In this document: one piece after another, positions 52,711-63,478 of the stretch | How positions within the stretch are numbered: the first letter of the stretch is position 1 | Layout of the letters: the number at the start of each line of letters is the position of its first letter | NCBI GenBank assembly: GCA_945890715.1 | Contig: CAMDCX010000004.1 | Location: forward strand, 6,157 to 70,156 | Direction: 5' to 3' | Length of the DNA: 64,000 nucleotides | DNA from: PVC group bacterium | Lineage (GTDB): Bacteria; Verrucomicrobiota; Kiritimatiellia; CAIKKV01; CAITUY01 | Notes under the pieces: model-generated | What the model was told of the DNA's origin: nothing | The model's database searches: none | Seen by the model: only the letters and a program-made list of their open reading frames with translations | Position numbers and translations under genes: made by a program

Positions 52711-55242
52711 CCAACCGCCCACTGCTTCCATTTGATTCTGATTCCGAAGAAAAGCATCTACCACGGCGGGATCAAAATGCGTACCCTGCCCAAACCGGAG
52801 TTCAGCCGCTGCCTTATCGGGGGCCATCGACTTTCGATAGGGCCGATTCGACCGCATGGCATCATAGGCGTCGATCACGCCGAATATCCGGGCGCTCAAA
52901 CAGATCTCGTCCCCTTTCAGTCCGCGGGGATAGCCCTTCCCGTCATACCGCTCCTGATGGGATCGAACCACCTCCGCGACATCCTTGAGATACGGGCTTG
53001 AGGACAGGATGTTATACCCGACTTCCGGATGGGTCTTCATCACCTTCCATTCATCCTCGGTTAAGGGTCCTTCCTTAAGCAAAATACAATCCGGAACTGA
53101 AATTTTTCCAATATCGTGCAACTGGGCGCCTCGCGCCAGAATATCGAGTTCTTTTCGGGAAAGGCTCATCAACTTGCCCAGCGCGTGGGACAGCGCCCGA
53201 ACCCGGTTGCTGTGCTGTCCCGTGTTGTGCTCCCGCACGTCCAACAATCCGACAAAGGCCTGCAAGGTGAAGTCGTACGAACTTTTCAACGCCTCCATCG
53301 TCTCCAGCAGCACCGCACTCTTCTGGCGGATCATGTCCTCCAGATGCAGCCGGTATCGCTCGTTCTCAATCCGCAACCGGCGGTGTTCAAGCACCTTCTC
53401 CATCACCGCCAACAGTTGCGAGGGGGTCACCGGTTTCTCAATGAAATCAAAAGCCCCCTCCCGGAGACACGCCACCGCGTTTTCCTTGGTCGCATACCCC
53501 GTCATCACCACCGTCATCACAAAACTGTCCGTTTGTCGCAGCGCCGCCAGCAAATTCAGACCGCTGAGTCCGGGCATGGTTAAATCCGTGATGGCCACAT
53601 CATAAAGCCCGGGATGCTGTCGGACTTTTTCAATCGCCTCATGGGACCCCCCGGCCGTATCAACGCGGTATCCGGCACCCTCCAGGATCCTTTTCAGAAC
53701 CTTGAGAATCATCTCATCATCGTCAACCACCAGAAGAAAAGGCGTATGAGAAGTCCCCTCCTTTTGCTCATCCTGGTTCCGGTTCTCACGGACCTGCACC
53801 CCCGCCTCCCTGTCCTGCGGCGCGGTCCACAAGCAACACCGGTTCCGCCCTTCCCGTTTTGCCGTATACAGCGCGACATCAGCAAGACGCAACATTTCGG
53901 ACGCATGATCAGAGGACGTAATATCACGACTGGTCGCGAGTCCAACCGAGGCCGTCAGTTTCAGGCAAAGCGTATCGGCACAAAACACATGCTCATCCAC
54001 CGCCTTGCGAATGCGGTTTCCCAGGGTGAGGCCTGAAGGAAGATCCGTCTGGGGAAGCAGAACGACAAACTCATCCCCGCCATATCGGGCGACCACATCC
54101 GACGTCCGGGCCACCTGGGTGAGAATCCCGGCAAACTCCTGAAGAATCCGATCCCCCACCAAATGCCCATGGGTATCGTTGACGGACTTAAAATGATCGA
54201 GATCGGTGATGGCGACAGCCATATTATGATTGTACCGCCGAGCCAGTTGCCAGGCCTGTTCCGTCTGTTCCTCAAAGTAGGCGCGATTGTAAAGCCTCGT
54301 CAGGGAATCATGGGCCGCCATCTCCCGAATGCGGGTAACGGCGGAAAGAATGGAAGAAAGCACATTGGCAACGTGATACACAAATGCCACATCCACCACG
54401 GCCATTTGTTCCGCCTTCGCAGCGGCCAACAGCAGAATCCCCTGAACCTCGCTGTGAACAAGAAGCGGAATGGTCAGCAACCTCCCGGGAACCGAAGGCC
54501 CGTCAGAAGCCTGGGGCACCCCCTCAACCTGAAGTCTTAAATGACTCCGATCAATGGTCTTGCCGCTCAGGGCTTCATACCGCGCCACAATTTCATCGCC
54601 CGCGGTTTTCAGGAAAGCGTCGGACACGCAACTCTGGGCGCTCAACACAATGATGGCCTCGTCTTCCGAAAACCCGAACAATCCGGCAACATCGCAGGAG
54701 GTCAGCTCGCCTAACCCCTCACTCAATTCCTGAAGGGCTTCAACAAATGTTCCGGATGCGAGGGCGGTCTCACCGAGTTGGCCGAGCATGCGCAATTGGC
54801 GCTGATGCTGCTCAAGGCCGGGTCCCGCCGCCCCCATTCCGGCCCGCCGTTCGCGATATTCGTCAAGGACACTCTGCGCCAAATAAAGGGGACGAATCGG
54901 CTTCTCGAGAATATGATGAATGTTCAGCCGCGAGGAAAGTTCCTCGGAAACATCATCCAGGTAACCGGTCAAAATGATGAACCCGAGCCAGGGCCAGATA
55001 TTCCGGGCCTCCTGAATAAAGGTGATTCCGTCCATCTCCTGCATTCGCAGGTCAACCAGAACCACATCAAAATCCTGACGCAGAAGGATCTGCAGGGCCA
55101 CGCGGCCATTTTCAGCAACCTCCACCGCACCGCCATAGGAACTCAGGACGCGCTCGACCAAAAGACGAATGGCCTCATCGTCATCCACCACGAGCACCCG
55201 GATCCCCACCAGACTGATTGTTTCCTTTGTATCGGATGTCAT
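52690..55242 (-). CDS. REC-GAF-GGDEF-REC-HD-GYP multidomain c-di-GMP turnover protein
   Basis: Two receivers ('VLVVDDDEA..VLVDLRMQ' and 'LLVVDDDEM..AITDLTMPG'), an intact 'RYGGDEFVVLL', and an HD-GYP domain with 'LHDIGK' and 'DGKGYPRGL'. Its 3' end overlaps the convergent NtrC-type gene by 21 nt. Confidence 0.9.
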   Translation of the reverse strand: MTSDTKETISLVGIRVLVVDDDEAIRLLVERVLSSYGGAVEVAENGRVALQILLRQDFDVVLVDLRMQEMDGITFIQEARNIWPWLGFIILTGYLDDVSEELSSRLNIHHILEKPIRPLYLAQSVLDEYRERRAGMGAAGPGLEQHQRQLRMLGQLGETALASGTFVEALQELSEGLGELTSCDVAGLFGFSEDEAIIVLSAQSCVSDAFLKTAGDEIVARYEALSGKTIDRSHLRLQVEGVPQASDGPSVPGRLLTIPLLVHSEVQGILLLAAAKAEQMAVVDVAFVYHVANVLSSILSAVTRIREMAAHDSLTRLYNRAYFEEQTEQAWQLARRYNHNMAVAITDLDHFKSVNDTHGHLVGDRILQEFAGILTQVARTSDVVARYGGDEFVVLLPQTDLPSGLTLGNRIRKAVDEHVFCADTLCLKLTASVGLATSRDITSSDHASEMLRLADVALYTAKREGRNRCCLWTAPQDREAGVQVRENRNQDEQKEGTSHTPFLLVVDDDEMILKVLKRILEGAGYRVDTAGGSHEAIEKVRQHPGLYDVAITDLTMPGLSGLNLLAALRQTDSFVMTVVMTGYATKENAVACLREGAFDFIEKPVTPSQLLAVMEKVLEHRRLRIENERYRLHLEDMIRQKSAVLLETMEALKSSYDFTLQAFVGLLDVREHNTGQHSNRVRALSHALGKLMSLSRKELDILARGAQLHDIGKISVPDCILLKEGPLTEDEWKVMKTHPEVGYNILSSSPYLKDVAEVVRSHQERYDGKGYPRGLKGDEICLSARIFGVIDAYDAMRSNRPYRKSMAPDKAAAELRFGQGTHFDPAVVDAFLRNQNQMEAVGGWSGCGTE

Positions 55243-55407
55243 CTTGCCCCCATGAAAAAGAACAGTTTCACACTTCCCCCCTTGGCCGCAAGGGGTTTTT
55301 CATGAAAAATCAGCAAATTCAGTGTTTCCGGTTGTCAGAAAAACCCTGATTCAAAATCAGGGTTTCCCCGATTGTTTCCCTTTCCTTAATCCAGCATCCT
55401 TTCCACC

Positions 55408-55635
55408 ATGAAAAAGAGAGATGCCATAGGACTTCTGCTAACCGGTTTCAGCGTGAGCGCCTTTCGCGCAGCGGAAGCCGCACAGTCCCTTGGTGAAAAA
55501 TCCGGAGCCCTCTCGGCCTTCCAGGAAGCTCATCCGCTACTGACAATCCTGACTCATATTGGCACCATTCTCCTGTTAGTTGGATTTTTCACCCTTTTGT
55601 TCGCAGGCTCAAATCGGGAATCGAATAAATTTTAA
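55408..55635 (+). CDS. Small hypothetical protein (signal-like N-terminus, C-terminal TM)
   Basis: 75 aa, '[24 protein letters not shown]...[14 protein letters not shown]'. No homology recognised. Its stop overlaps the convergent clpB stop. Confidence 0.3.
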   Translation: MKKRDAIGLLLTGFSVSAFRAAEAAQSLGEKSGALSAFQEAHPLLTILTHIGTILLLVGFFTLLFAGSNRESNKF

Positions 55636-58250
55636 CCCGACAAGTTCGCCTGAATCAGTAAGTCCCCCTTCTTGACCTCCACGTTCACGGCCTCGCCTTC
55701 TTTAACGCTCCCAGTGACCAGAAGTCGGGCGATCGGGGTCTCAACCCGATTCTGGATCAATCGTTTCAAGGGGCGTGCCCCATAGACCGGACTATACCCC
55801 TCCCGGGCCAGCAACTCTCGCGCAGCATCACTGACCTTCAACGACACCCTTTGTTCCGCCAAGCGATTCCGCAGATCACCGGTCTGAAGATCCACAATCC
55901 GTCCAATCTCCTCCAGCGTCAGAGGCTTAAACAGAATCACATCATCCACCCGGTTCAGGAACTCGGGACGGAATCGCCGCCTCAATTCCTCCATCACCTC
56001 GCGCCGAGCTTCCTCCGTGATCGTGCCCTCCGCCCCGAGGCCTTCCAGAAGAACGGGCGATCCGATATTGCTGGTCATGATGATAATCGTGTTCTTGAAA
56101 TTCACCGTCCGTCCATGCGAATCGGTCAGGCGTCCATCATCCAGAATCTGGAGCAGGATGTTGAAAACGTCATGATGGGCTTTTTCAATCTCATCAAGCA
56201 GGATGACGGAATAGGGCTTCCGCCGGACCGCCTCCGTCAATTGGCCCCCTTCCTCGTAGCCGATATACCCTGGAGGGGCGCCGACCAGGCGCGACACAGT
56301 GTGCTTCTCCATGTATTCGGTCATATCAATACGAATGAGGTGATCCTCTGAATCAAAAAGGGTTGCCGCCAGTATTTTCGCCAACTCCGTTTTCCCCACT
56401 CCCGTGGGGCCAAGAAAAATAAAAGCCCCAACCGGCCGCTTCGGGTTCCTGATCCCCGCCCGTGCCCTGAGAACGGCATCGGCAACAACCTGCACCGCCT
56501 CGTCCTGCCCAATCACCTTTTCGTGAAGCACATCTCCCAATTTCAGGAGCTTCTCCCGATCCCCTTGAAGAAGCCGGGTCAGAGGAATTCCGGACCATCT
56601 CGACACCACGCTGGCAATTTCCTCTTCCGTCACCTCTTCGCGAAGTAACTGCCGACCCGCTCCCTTCACCGGACCCGTTTTTTGAAATGCCGCCAACTTT
56701 TTTTCGAGATCCGGAATGACCCCGTGCCGCAGTTTGGCCAGCCTGTCCAGATCATACTTTCGCTCTGCGTCATCGCCTTCCCGTCTCGCCTTCTCAAGCT
56801 CCTCCCGGATCGACTGTACCCCGGCAATGGCCTGTTTCTCGTTTTCCCATTGAGCCCGCATGGCCGTGGAGTGCGCCTTGTCATCGGCCAGCTCCTTCCG
56901 AAGCGCCTTCAGCCTTGCCTGACTGGCCTGATCCTTTTCCCTTTTCAAGGCGGTTTCCTCAATTTCCAACCGCATCACTCGCCGGGTGATTTCATCCAGC
57001 TCCGACGGCATGGAGTCAATTTCCGTACGGATGGAGGCACAGGCCTCGTCCATCAAATCAATCGCCTTGTCGGGCAGAAACCGATCACTGATATACCGAT
57101 CTGAAAGCACTGCCGACGCCACCAGCGCGGAATCCTTGATTTCAACCCCATGATGGACTTCAAAACGCTCTTTTAATCCGCGAAGAATGGAAATGGTGTC
57201 CTCTACGGAAGGCGCTTCCACCAGAACCGGCTGGAAACGACGCTCGAGTGCGGCATCCTTTTCAATGTGCTTGCGGTACTCATCCAGCGTGGTTGCCCCA
57301 ATGCAATGAAGCTCGCCTCGAGCCAGCATGGGCTTGAGCATGTTCCCGGCATCCGTGGATCCTTCGGTCCTGCCAGCCCCCACAATGGTGTGAACTTCGT
57401 CAATGAACAGAATGATCCGTCCTTCCGCCGCCTTGATCTCCGTCAACACCGCCTTGAGTCGCTCCTCAAATTCACCCCGGAACTTGGCTCCCGCCATCAG
57501 GGACGTCATATCGAGGGAAAAAATGGTTCGATCCTTAAGCCCTTCAGGAACATCGCCCCTGAGAATCCGATGTGCCAATCCTTCCACGATGGCCGTCTTT
57601 CCCACACCCGGTTCCCCGATCAACACCGGATTGTTTTTTGTCTTGCGGGACAAAATGCGGATCACGCTCCGTATTTCCATATCGCGACCAATAACCGGAT
57701 CCAGTTTCCCCTGCCGGGCCATTGCCACCAGATCGGTTCCGTATTTCTGAAGAGCCTCATAAGCCCCCTCCGGCGTGGCGTTGGTAACACGCTGATTCCC
57801 CCGCACGGACATCAACTCCTTCAGAAATCGCCCCCGCTCCACACCCAATTGAGCCAGAATCCGACCGGCCGGAGTGGCCTTTCCTTCATCTAAAAATGCG
57901 AGCAACAGATGCTCAATCGAAACATACTCATCCTTTAACCGCTTAGCCTCATCCCCCGCCTTGACGAGAAGCTGATTCAGGCGTTGGGTAACATAGACTT
58001 TCCCGGCCTCCGAAACGGCACCCCGGATTTTGGGTCGGCGTTCAAGTTCTTCTTCCAGTCGGGTACGTAACTCCTCCGGCCGAACCCCGAGCCGCTCGAT
58101 CAGTTTCGAAGCCAGTCCATCTACCTGCTCCATCAGACATAATAACAGATGCTCTCCATCCAGTTCCTGATGGCTGTAGCGTACGACAGTCTCTTGAGCC
58201 ATCTGCATGGCTTCCTGCGTCTTCTGTGTCATTTTATTCGGGTCAAACAT
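55632..58250 (-). CDS. clpB: ATP-dependent chaperone/disaggregase ClpB
   Basis: ATG 58250 with a GGAGG RBS. Clp_N repeats, Walker A motifs 'GEPGVGKT' and 'GPTGVGKT', a long M-domain coiled coil and 'GARPLKR'. Confidence 0.97.
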   Translation of the reverse strand: MFDPNKMTQKTQEAMQMAQETVVRYSHQELDGEHLLLCLMEQVDGLASKLIERLGVRPEELRTRLEEELERRPKIRGAVSEAGKVYVTQRLNQLLVKAGDEAKRLKDEYVSIEHLLLAFLDEGKATPAGRILAQLGVERGRFLKELMSVRGNQRVTNATPEGAYEALQKYGTDLVAMARQGKLDPVIGRDMEIRSVIRILSRKTKNNPVLIGEPGVGKTAIVEGLAHRILRGDVPEGLKDRTIFSLDMTSLMAGAKFRGEFEERLKAVLTEIKAAEGRIILFIDEVHTIVGAGRTEGSTDAGNMLKPMLARGELHCIGATTLDEYRKHIEKDAALERRFQPVLVEAPSVEDTISILRGLKERFEVHHGVEIKDSALVASAVLSDRYISDRFLPDKAIDLMDEACASIRTEIDSMPSELDEITRRVMRLEIEETALKREKDQASQARLKALRKELADDKAHSTAMRAQWENEKQAIAGVQSIREELEKARREGDDAERKYDLDRLAKLRHGVIPDLEKKLAAFQKTGPVKGAGRQLLREEVTEEEIASVVSRWSGIPLTRLLQGDREKLLKLGDVLHEKVIGQDEAVQVVADAVLRARAGIRNPKRPVGAFIFLGPTGVGKTELAKILAATLFDSEDHLIRIDMTEYMEKHTVSRLVGAPPGYIGYEEGGQLTEAVRRKPYSVILLDEIEKAHHDVFNILLQILDDGRLTDSHGRTVNFKNTIIIMTSNIGSPVLLEGLGAEGTITEEARREVMEELRRRFRPEFLNRVDDVILFKPLTLEEIGRIVDLQTGDLRNRLAEQRVSLKVSDAARELLAREGYSPVYGARPLKRLIQNRVETPIARLLVTGSVKEGEAVNVEVKKGDLLIQANLSG

Positions 58251-58473
58251 ATCGAGGCCTCCCCTGCTTGTATCTTGCCTATAACAACTAGCAACGATCG
58301 TTCCAATTCCAGAACACAAAAGAGCTAGATGCTTAACAATCTGATCAACAAGAAGTTAAGAAATCTCAACCGAGGAAAATAAAAGCGACAAGGGAGACAT
58401 TATGACACAGCCAGGGACATTATTTCCCATTCCCTCGGATAATCAATCGGACAAAACGCATCAGTCCTGCGTT

Positions 58474-58878
58474 TTAATAGTCCGGAGCGCTCTTCGTCAC
58501 AGGATTGGCAATCCTTTTGAGCAGCGTCTTGAATTCCGAGTCGTTTCGGAGCGAATTCAAATCCTGATCCCGGCTCATCCACTCGTGATCAGAATATCCG
58601 AGTTTAATGGCGCGCCGAAGCGCCTGAAGCGCGGGATCACGTCGATTCAACACGGCGAGACTACAGGCCAAGTTATACCAGATCGTCATATCATCGGGCT
58701 CGAGCTGGGTCAGTTTTTGATCCACGTCCAAACCATCCTCGTACCGCCCGACCCGGGTATAGAGATCACCCAGTGCTTCCAGAACATCCACATCCCGGGG
58801 AAGACGAACCATCACCTTCTCAAGAAAATCCATCTCAACAAGGTCAGCAGGCGCTATCTCTTTGTTCTCTTCCTTCAT
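58474..58878 (-). CDS. TPR-repeat protein
   Basis: 134 aa. 'LEALGDLYTRVGRYEDGLDVDQKLTQLEPDDMTIWYNLACSLAVLNRRDPALQALRRAIKLGY' fits 34-residue TPR helices. Confidence 0.6.
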   Translation of the reverse strand: MKEENKEIAPADLVEMDFLEKVMVRLPRDVDVLEALGDLYTRVGRYEDGLDVDQKLTQLEPDDMTIWYNLACSLAVLNRRDPALQALRRAIKLGYSDHEWMSRDQDLNSLRNDSEFKTLLKRIANPVTKSAPDY

Positions 58879-58899
58879 GGTTTGAATTCTAGCATAATT

Positions 58900-59856
58900 T
58901 TACGGGTTGAGCGCTTTTTGAATGAACTTTGTTGTGCTGAAGCCGTCCACCAGGGGAGTACACACCAACCGCCCGCCCCAGCTCTCAACCAACTCACGCT
59001 CCTGCCGAACCCGTTCGGGCTCATAGGAGCCGCCCTTGACATGGATCGCCGGACGCAACTGCCGGATTTCGTCCAGAGGATTGTCTCCGGGAAAGGCCAT
59101 CACCTCATCCACTGAAACCAGTCCCCGAAGCGCCGCCGCCCTGAACTGCTCCGGAAAAACAGGCCGTGTTGAGCCTTTGTATCGGGCAACCGAGGCGTCA
59201 TCATTAATCAGGACAGTCAAAAAATCACCCATGCGCCTGGCCTCCGCCAGAAATCGAAGATGCCCGATATGAAGAACATCGAAACACCCGTTCACGGTAA
59301 CACGCGTCACCCCCTTCGCCAGGGGTTTCGTTTTTCTGGACGCTGATGCCGCATCCCACCCCGGGGGCAGAACAAGGGGGGTCCGGTTGGAGTCTATCGC
59401 CCGAATGATATCCCCGCTGAAACACCCCGCCAGCGGCATGAGTTCCTCAACCCGGGAAGCCTTTGTCGTCAGCATCACGCCGACAAAGTCCTTTTCAGAA
59501 TGATCCTGACCCGTAATGCAAACATACGGCGCCAAGTCGGCCAGTCCCTTCTCAACCTCATCCGAGGCCAGAGAGGCAACCGCCGAAACCTCTCGCAAGT
59601 GGGACACCATCTCGACTCTGGTTTCAGAAAAATTCTGGGGATATCCGGGCTGACCCCGCCCGATCGCCACCTCATCCGAATCAACCAACACGATCAGAGG
59701 CAGGGAAAGTTCACGGGCTTTCCGAATCGCATAGAGATTCCCGGGATGAAAAAAATCGAACGTCCCCCTGACCACGGCCACCCGTTTGTCACCCGCCACC
59801 TCGCGACGCCAGGTCTTCAGAGTGTCTAAACTCATGATTCGTGCCAAGGTGTTCAT
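58900..59856 (-). CDS. Tandem cytidylyltransferase-fold protein (RfaE domain II / HldC-like C-terminal half)
   Basis: The C-terminal half has 'VNGCFDVLHIGHLRFLAEAR' (canonical HxGH) and 'IHVKGGSY'. The N-terminal half has 'VRGTFDFFHPGNLYAIRKAR' (HxGN). Confidence 0.7.
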   Translation of the reverse strand: MNTLARIMSLDTLKTWRREVAGDKRVAVVRGTFDFFHPGNLYAIRKARELSLPLIVLVDSDEVAIGRGQPGYPQNFSETRVEMVSHLREVSAVASLASDEVEKGLADLAPYVCITGQDHSEKDFVGVMLTTKASRVEELMPLAGCFSGDIIRAIDSNRTPLVLPPGWDAASASRKTKPLAKGVTRVTVNGCFDVLHIGHLRFLAEARRMGDFLTVLINDDASVARYKGSTRPVFPEQFRAAALRGLVSVDEVMAFPGDNPLDEIRQLRPAIHVKGGSYEPERVRQERELVESWGGRLVCTPLVDGFSTTKFIQKALNP

Positions 59857-59874
59857 GACGGGACCGGATTCCTT

Positions 59875-60606
59875 TTAGTCTGCTTTTTTGACCGGAGGAG
59901 GCGTGCGACCCAAATGCTTTAACACAGCCTGAAGATCGGCCCAGACCTCTTTCTTACAGGGCGGATTTCGCAGCATAAAGGCGGGATGAAAGGTGGGCAT
60001 CAGGGAAATTCCCTCATACTCAAACCAATTTCCGCGCAACTTGGAAATTCCCGTCTGGTTAATAAGACCCATCACGGCCGTAGCGCCCAAGGCAACAATG
60101 ACTTTAGGTTGGATCAGGGAGATTTGCTGCTTCAGATAAGGAATGCAGGTCGCCATTTCCTCCGGGGTCGGCGCACGATTGTCCGGAGGTCGGCATTTGG
60201 CAATATTGGCGATGAAAACCTCTTCACGCGTGTAGCCCATGGCCTCAATCATCTTGGCCAAGAGTTGCCCGGAGCGACCCACAAACGCGAGGCCCTGCTC
60301 ATCTTCGTCGGCACCCGGCGCCTCCCCGATGAACATGATTTCTGGCCGTTTTCCATTCCCCTGTCCCGGCACCGTGTTAGTTCGCGCCTTGTGCAAGACG
60401 CACTTTTTGCAACCAGAAATGACCTTGGCCAATTGTGTGAGCTCAGTCTCCACGGCGGTTCCTTTCAACGAGGTTGGCGGCCTGTTTGATTTGCCTCTCC
60501 CCACTTCAATCCGTGAAACCCCATCCGCCTTTAACCAGGCCAGATACTCAGCCGTCTGGCCAAGAAGTTCGAAAAATTCCTGTCGGGAATCAGGACACAC
60601 GGCCAC
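59875..60606 (-). CDS. Uracil-DNA glycosylase, family 4
   Basis: Motif A 'GEAPGADEDEQGLAFVGRSGQLL' and motif B 'HPAFMLRN', with N-terminal Cys residues ('CKKC') consistent with the family-4 Fe-S cluster. Confidence 0.88.
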   Translation of the reverse strand: MAVCPDSRQEFFELLGQTAEYLAWLKADGVSRIEVGRGKSNRPPTSLKGTAVETELTQLAKVISGCKKCVLHKARTNTVPGQGNGKRPEIMFIGEAPGADEDEQGLAFVGRSGQLLAKMIEAMGYTREEVFIANIAKCRPPDNRAPTPEEMATCIPYLKQQISLIQPKVIVALGATAVMGLINQTGISKLRGNWFEYEGISLMPTFHPAFMLRNPPCKKEVWADLQAVLKHLGRTPPPVKKAD

Positions 60607-61398
60607 TCAGCCCTCTTCCTGAGTTGCCCGATGCTCAACATGCTTCATGTAAAGCGGACCCAGGCCGATGTAGCCCAGAACCATGAGAATCATAAAAACC
60701 GCCGCAGGCAAAGCGATTTTCTGGGGACCAAACAGTACGGCCACCATGATGACCATCGGAATAAACAAGGCGGGGTGCTTGGTGGGTTTTGGATAGCGCA
60801 CATTGGAGACCTGGAGACTGATAAAAGCGAGAACCCCGGCAATGAATACCGCCGCCACCCACCCGCTGTTCAGGGAGTAATTTTCGAATGGCTCGCTCTG
60901 GCTGATAAACACCAACATGGCCACCCATCCCGCACAGGCGGTGATCGGAAGCCCCGTGTAGCCGCCCTGCCCACGAGACGGATCCTTCGCTTTGAACCGG
61001 GCCAACCTGACCACGCCGGAAAGCACCACCACCGCCGTCATCGCCACCCGCCAAAAAATCCGGGCACTGTCCTGGGGCAGTGATCCGGTTAACATCACGG
61101 TGTAGATCAACACCGCAGGCGCAATGCCGAAGGCCGTCATATCGACATAGGTATCCAACTCGGCACCCATCTCGGTACACCCCTTGAGCTTCCGGGCGAC
61201 ATTCCCATCAATTCCGTCTAAAATCATTGCCAACATGATCAACAAGGCCGCCCACCGATGCATTTCTCCCGCCCGGGCCAGCGTCTCATTCATGCTCTCC
61301 ACGGTCACCAGGATGCTGAAAAAGCCGCAGAGCATCGCCATCAGGGTGATGGAAATGGGAATCAGTTGTCGCCAGGTCAGTTCGGATTTCATCATCAA
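60607..61398 (-). CDS. pssA: CDP-diacylglycerol--serine O-phosphatidyltransferase
   Basis: The complete CDP-alcohol phosphatidyltransferase motif, 'DGNVARKLKGCTEMGAELDTYVD' (DGxxARx8Gx3Dx3D). It is polytopic. ATGA overlap with psd. Confidence 0.88.
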   Translation of the reverse strand: MMMKSELTWRQLIPISITLMAMLCGFFSILVTVESMNETLARAGEMHRWAALLIMLAMILDGIDGNVARKLKGCTEMGAELDTYVDMTAFGIAPAVLIYTVMLTGSLPQDSARIFWRVAMTAVVVLSGVVRLARFKAKDPSRGQGGYTGLPITACAGWVAMLVFISQSEPFENYSLNSGWVAAVFIAGVLAFISLQVSNVRYPKPTKHPALFIPMVIMVAVLFGPQKIALPAAVFMILMVLGYIGLGPLYMKHVEHRATQEEG

Positions 61399-62057
61399 TT
61401 CCTCAGGCGGGCCACGACGGTTTCCCCGGCGCGAACCTTGTCACCCTTCTTCACGAGCACCTCCACGTCAGTCCGTGGAAAAATCATGTCGAGGCGGGAC
61501 CCGAACTTCATCATGCCAATGGAATCCCCCTTCTTAATTTCCTGGCCAGGCTCCACCCAATATACCACCCGGCGCGCCACCGGACCAACGATCTGTTTCA
61601 CCAGGCAGGTCGTCTTTTCCCCCCGGATCACAATCGAGCTGTGCTGGTTCAATTCCGAGGACTTCTCCTCAAACGTGAAATAGCGGGCGCCTTCATAATA
61701 TTGGGCATGTTCCACTTTCCCGGAAATCGGAGCCCTGTTCACATGGACATCAATCAGGCTTAGAAAAATACTGATCTTAACGGCCTTGGTTTTTAAAAAC
61801 TCAGGCTCATCCACCTCCATAACCGACATGATCTTCCCCTCGGCACCCGCCATGATATCCGCCGGATCCGGAGAGGGAATTCGAACGGGATCCCGGAAAA
61901 AGACCAGCAGGTACCCAATGAGGATCACCGTCAGAATTCCACTGAAGACCAAGGCCTTTCGCCAGGAAACACGGGTAAGGCGCAACACGCCAACCAGGAG
62001 GGCTCCTAAGGCGATCACGATCATGAGAAAGGGGATAATTTCTTGTCTAAATGCCAT
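61395..62057 (-). CDS. psd: Phosphatidylserine decarboxylase (short form)
   Basis: An N-terminal TM segment and the self-cleavage region 'GMMKFGSRLDMIFP' (G-S motif). 220 aa. It is immediately upstream of pssA. Confidence 0.82.
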   Translation of the reverse strand: MAFRQEIIPFLMIVIALGALLVGVLRLTRVSWRKALVFSGILTVILIGYLLVFFRDPVRIPSPDPADIMAGAEGKIMSVMEVDEPEFLKTKAVKISIFLSLIDVHVNRAPISGKVEHAQYYEGARYFTFEEKSSELNQHSSIVIRGEKTTCLVKQIVGPVARRVVYWVEPGQEIKKGDSIGMMKFGSRLDMIFPRTDVEVLVKKGDKVRAGETVVARLRN

Positions 62058-62155
62058 GGTTTTGATCCTTTTAAAGAATGCGGATACTACTTTAAGGGAG
62101 GAAAAGAAGTCAATCCTGTTCCAAAATCGATACCCATGATAGGATTAACGCCCTT

Positions 62156-63478
62156 ATGAAAAGCCTCCTCCAGACTTGTGCCGTGCTGACAGGACTTACC
62201 CTCTTCAGTGGACTTTCCCGCTGCGAGGCCCAATCCAACTTTTTTGTCCGTCCCGGAGTAATCGCTGATCGAACCGGGCGGGTCGTTCGCATCACCGCAG
62301 AAACCACATCCCTGAAATTGAATGATCCTGTGGAGTTCCCCCTGGTCACCCGGGAAAGCGGAAAGGATTACGAAGCGCTCGCGGTTTCACATGCCTCCGC
62401 GCTCGATATCCATGAATCACTCCGATTCATCGGCTTGGAGCCTGGTCAAGGCGTCGATCCGTCCCAACTCCGGTTCTGGCCTAAAGGCGATCGTGTTAAA
62501 ATGGTTTTCCATGTCGCCGACGCCCTATCCCCAACCAGACCACTCCTTCGCCTTCCCTTCGAACACCTGATTCAAGACACTCGAACCGGGAAAACCCTGC
62601 CTGAGACCGGCCTGGTCTTCACCGGTTCAGAATGGGTTTCCGAAGGAGATCCACCCACCGGCAAGGTCTATGCCGCCGACGCCTACGGGCCTGGCAGCAT
62701 CGCTTCGGTTTATAATGAGGGCTACTCCGTCCTGGATGTCCCCCGTACCGCTCCGAAGCAGGATGTCTATACCTTTTTGATCCCCAACCCGGATCATAGA
62801 CTTCCCACCAACCAGCTTATCGAAATTACCCTTGAGCCCTTCTACCGGGACACTCTTCCCCACCGCTTTGATCTCTCCCTGCGGGTCACACCCGATGGCA
62901 CCTCCCTGACCTATACCCTTCTGAACAGCCAGGAACATGCCCTCAACACCAATCGATCCCGAAACGGAATGCTGGCGGCGCTATCCCGTTATTCAACCGC
63001 AGACCGGGATGCTTTTGTGACGCTGATCCCCGACGATGCCATCGCCCTCCAGGACGTTCAGGCTCTGGCCAATCTCCTGGATTCCCTGGATAATGAACGC
63101 GGCATTCGTGTCGAGCCGCCTCCTCCCGGACACCCTTATTTCAGGGCTTTCCTGCCTAACGAAAAATTCAGGAAGCGGGAAGATCGCTTCGACAAAGTCG
63201 CCGAACTTCATCTGGGCACTGGGGCAGGCGTCACGACCGGGGAACTGATCCTGGTGCAATCCGAATGGAAAGGCGACGACTCAGCCCCGGTATTTCATGA
63301 AACCCGCATCCCAATCCCTGCGCCAGCCGCCCTGGAGCCCGCCTTGAAAAAAAGGGACGATCCGCCCACTGTCCTCTTGATTTTTGCGCCCACCAAGCTG
63401 AGCTACGGAACGCTTCGGGACTTCATCGGGCCCGCTCTCAGACAGAAGATGATCCTGTATGTATTCGTTGAAGGGTAG
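62156..63478 (+). CDS. Secreted hypothetical protein
   Basis: 440 aa with a signal peptide (MKSLLQTCAVLTGLTLFSGLSRCEA). No catalytic motif recognised. Confidence 0.55.
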   Translation: MKSLLQTCAVLTGLTLFSGLSRCEAQSNFFVRPGVIADRTGRVVRITAETTSLKLNDPVEFPLVTRESGKDYEALAVSHASALDIHESLRFIGLEPGQGVDPSQLRFWPKGDRVKMVFHVADALSPTRPLLRLPFEHLIQDTRTGKTLPETGLVFTGSEWVSEGDPPTGKVYAADAYGPGSIASVYNEGYSVLDVPRTAPKQDVYTFLIPNPDHRLPTNQLIEITLEPFYRDTLPHRFDLSLRVTPDGTSLTYTLLNSQEHALNTNRSRNGMLAALSRYSTADRDAFVTLIPDDAIALQDVQALANLLDSLDNERGIRVEPPPPGHPYFRAFLPNEKFRKREDRFDKVAELHLGTGAGVTTGELILVQSEWKGDDSAPVFHETRIPIPAPAALEPALKKRDDPPTVLLIFAPTKLSYGTLRDFIGPALRQKMILYVFVEG

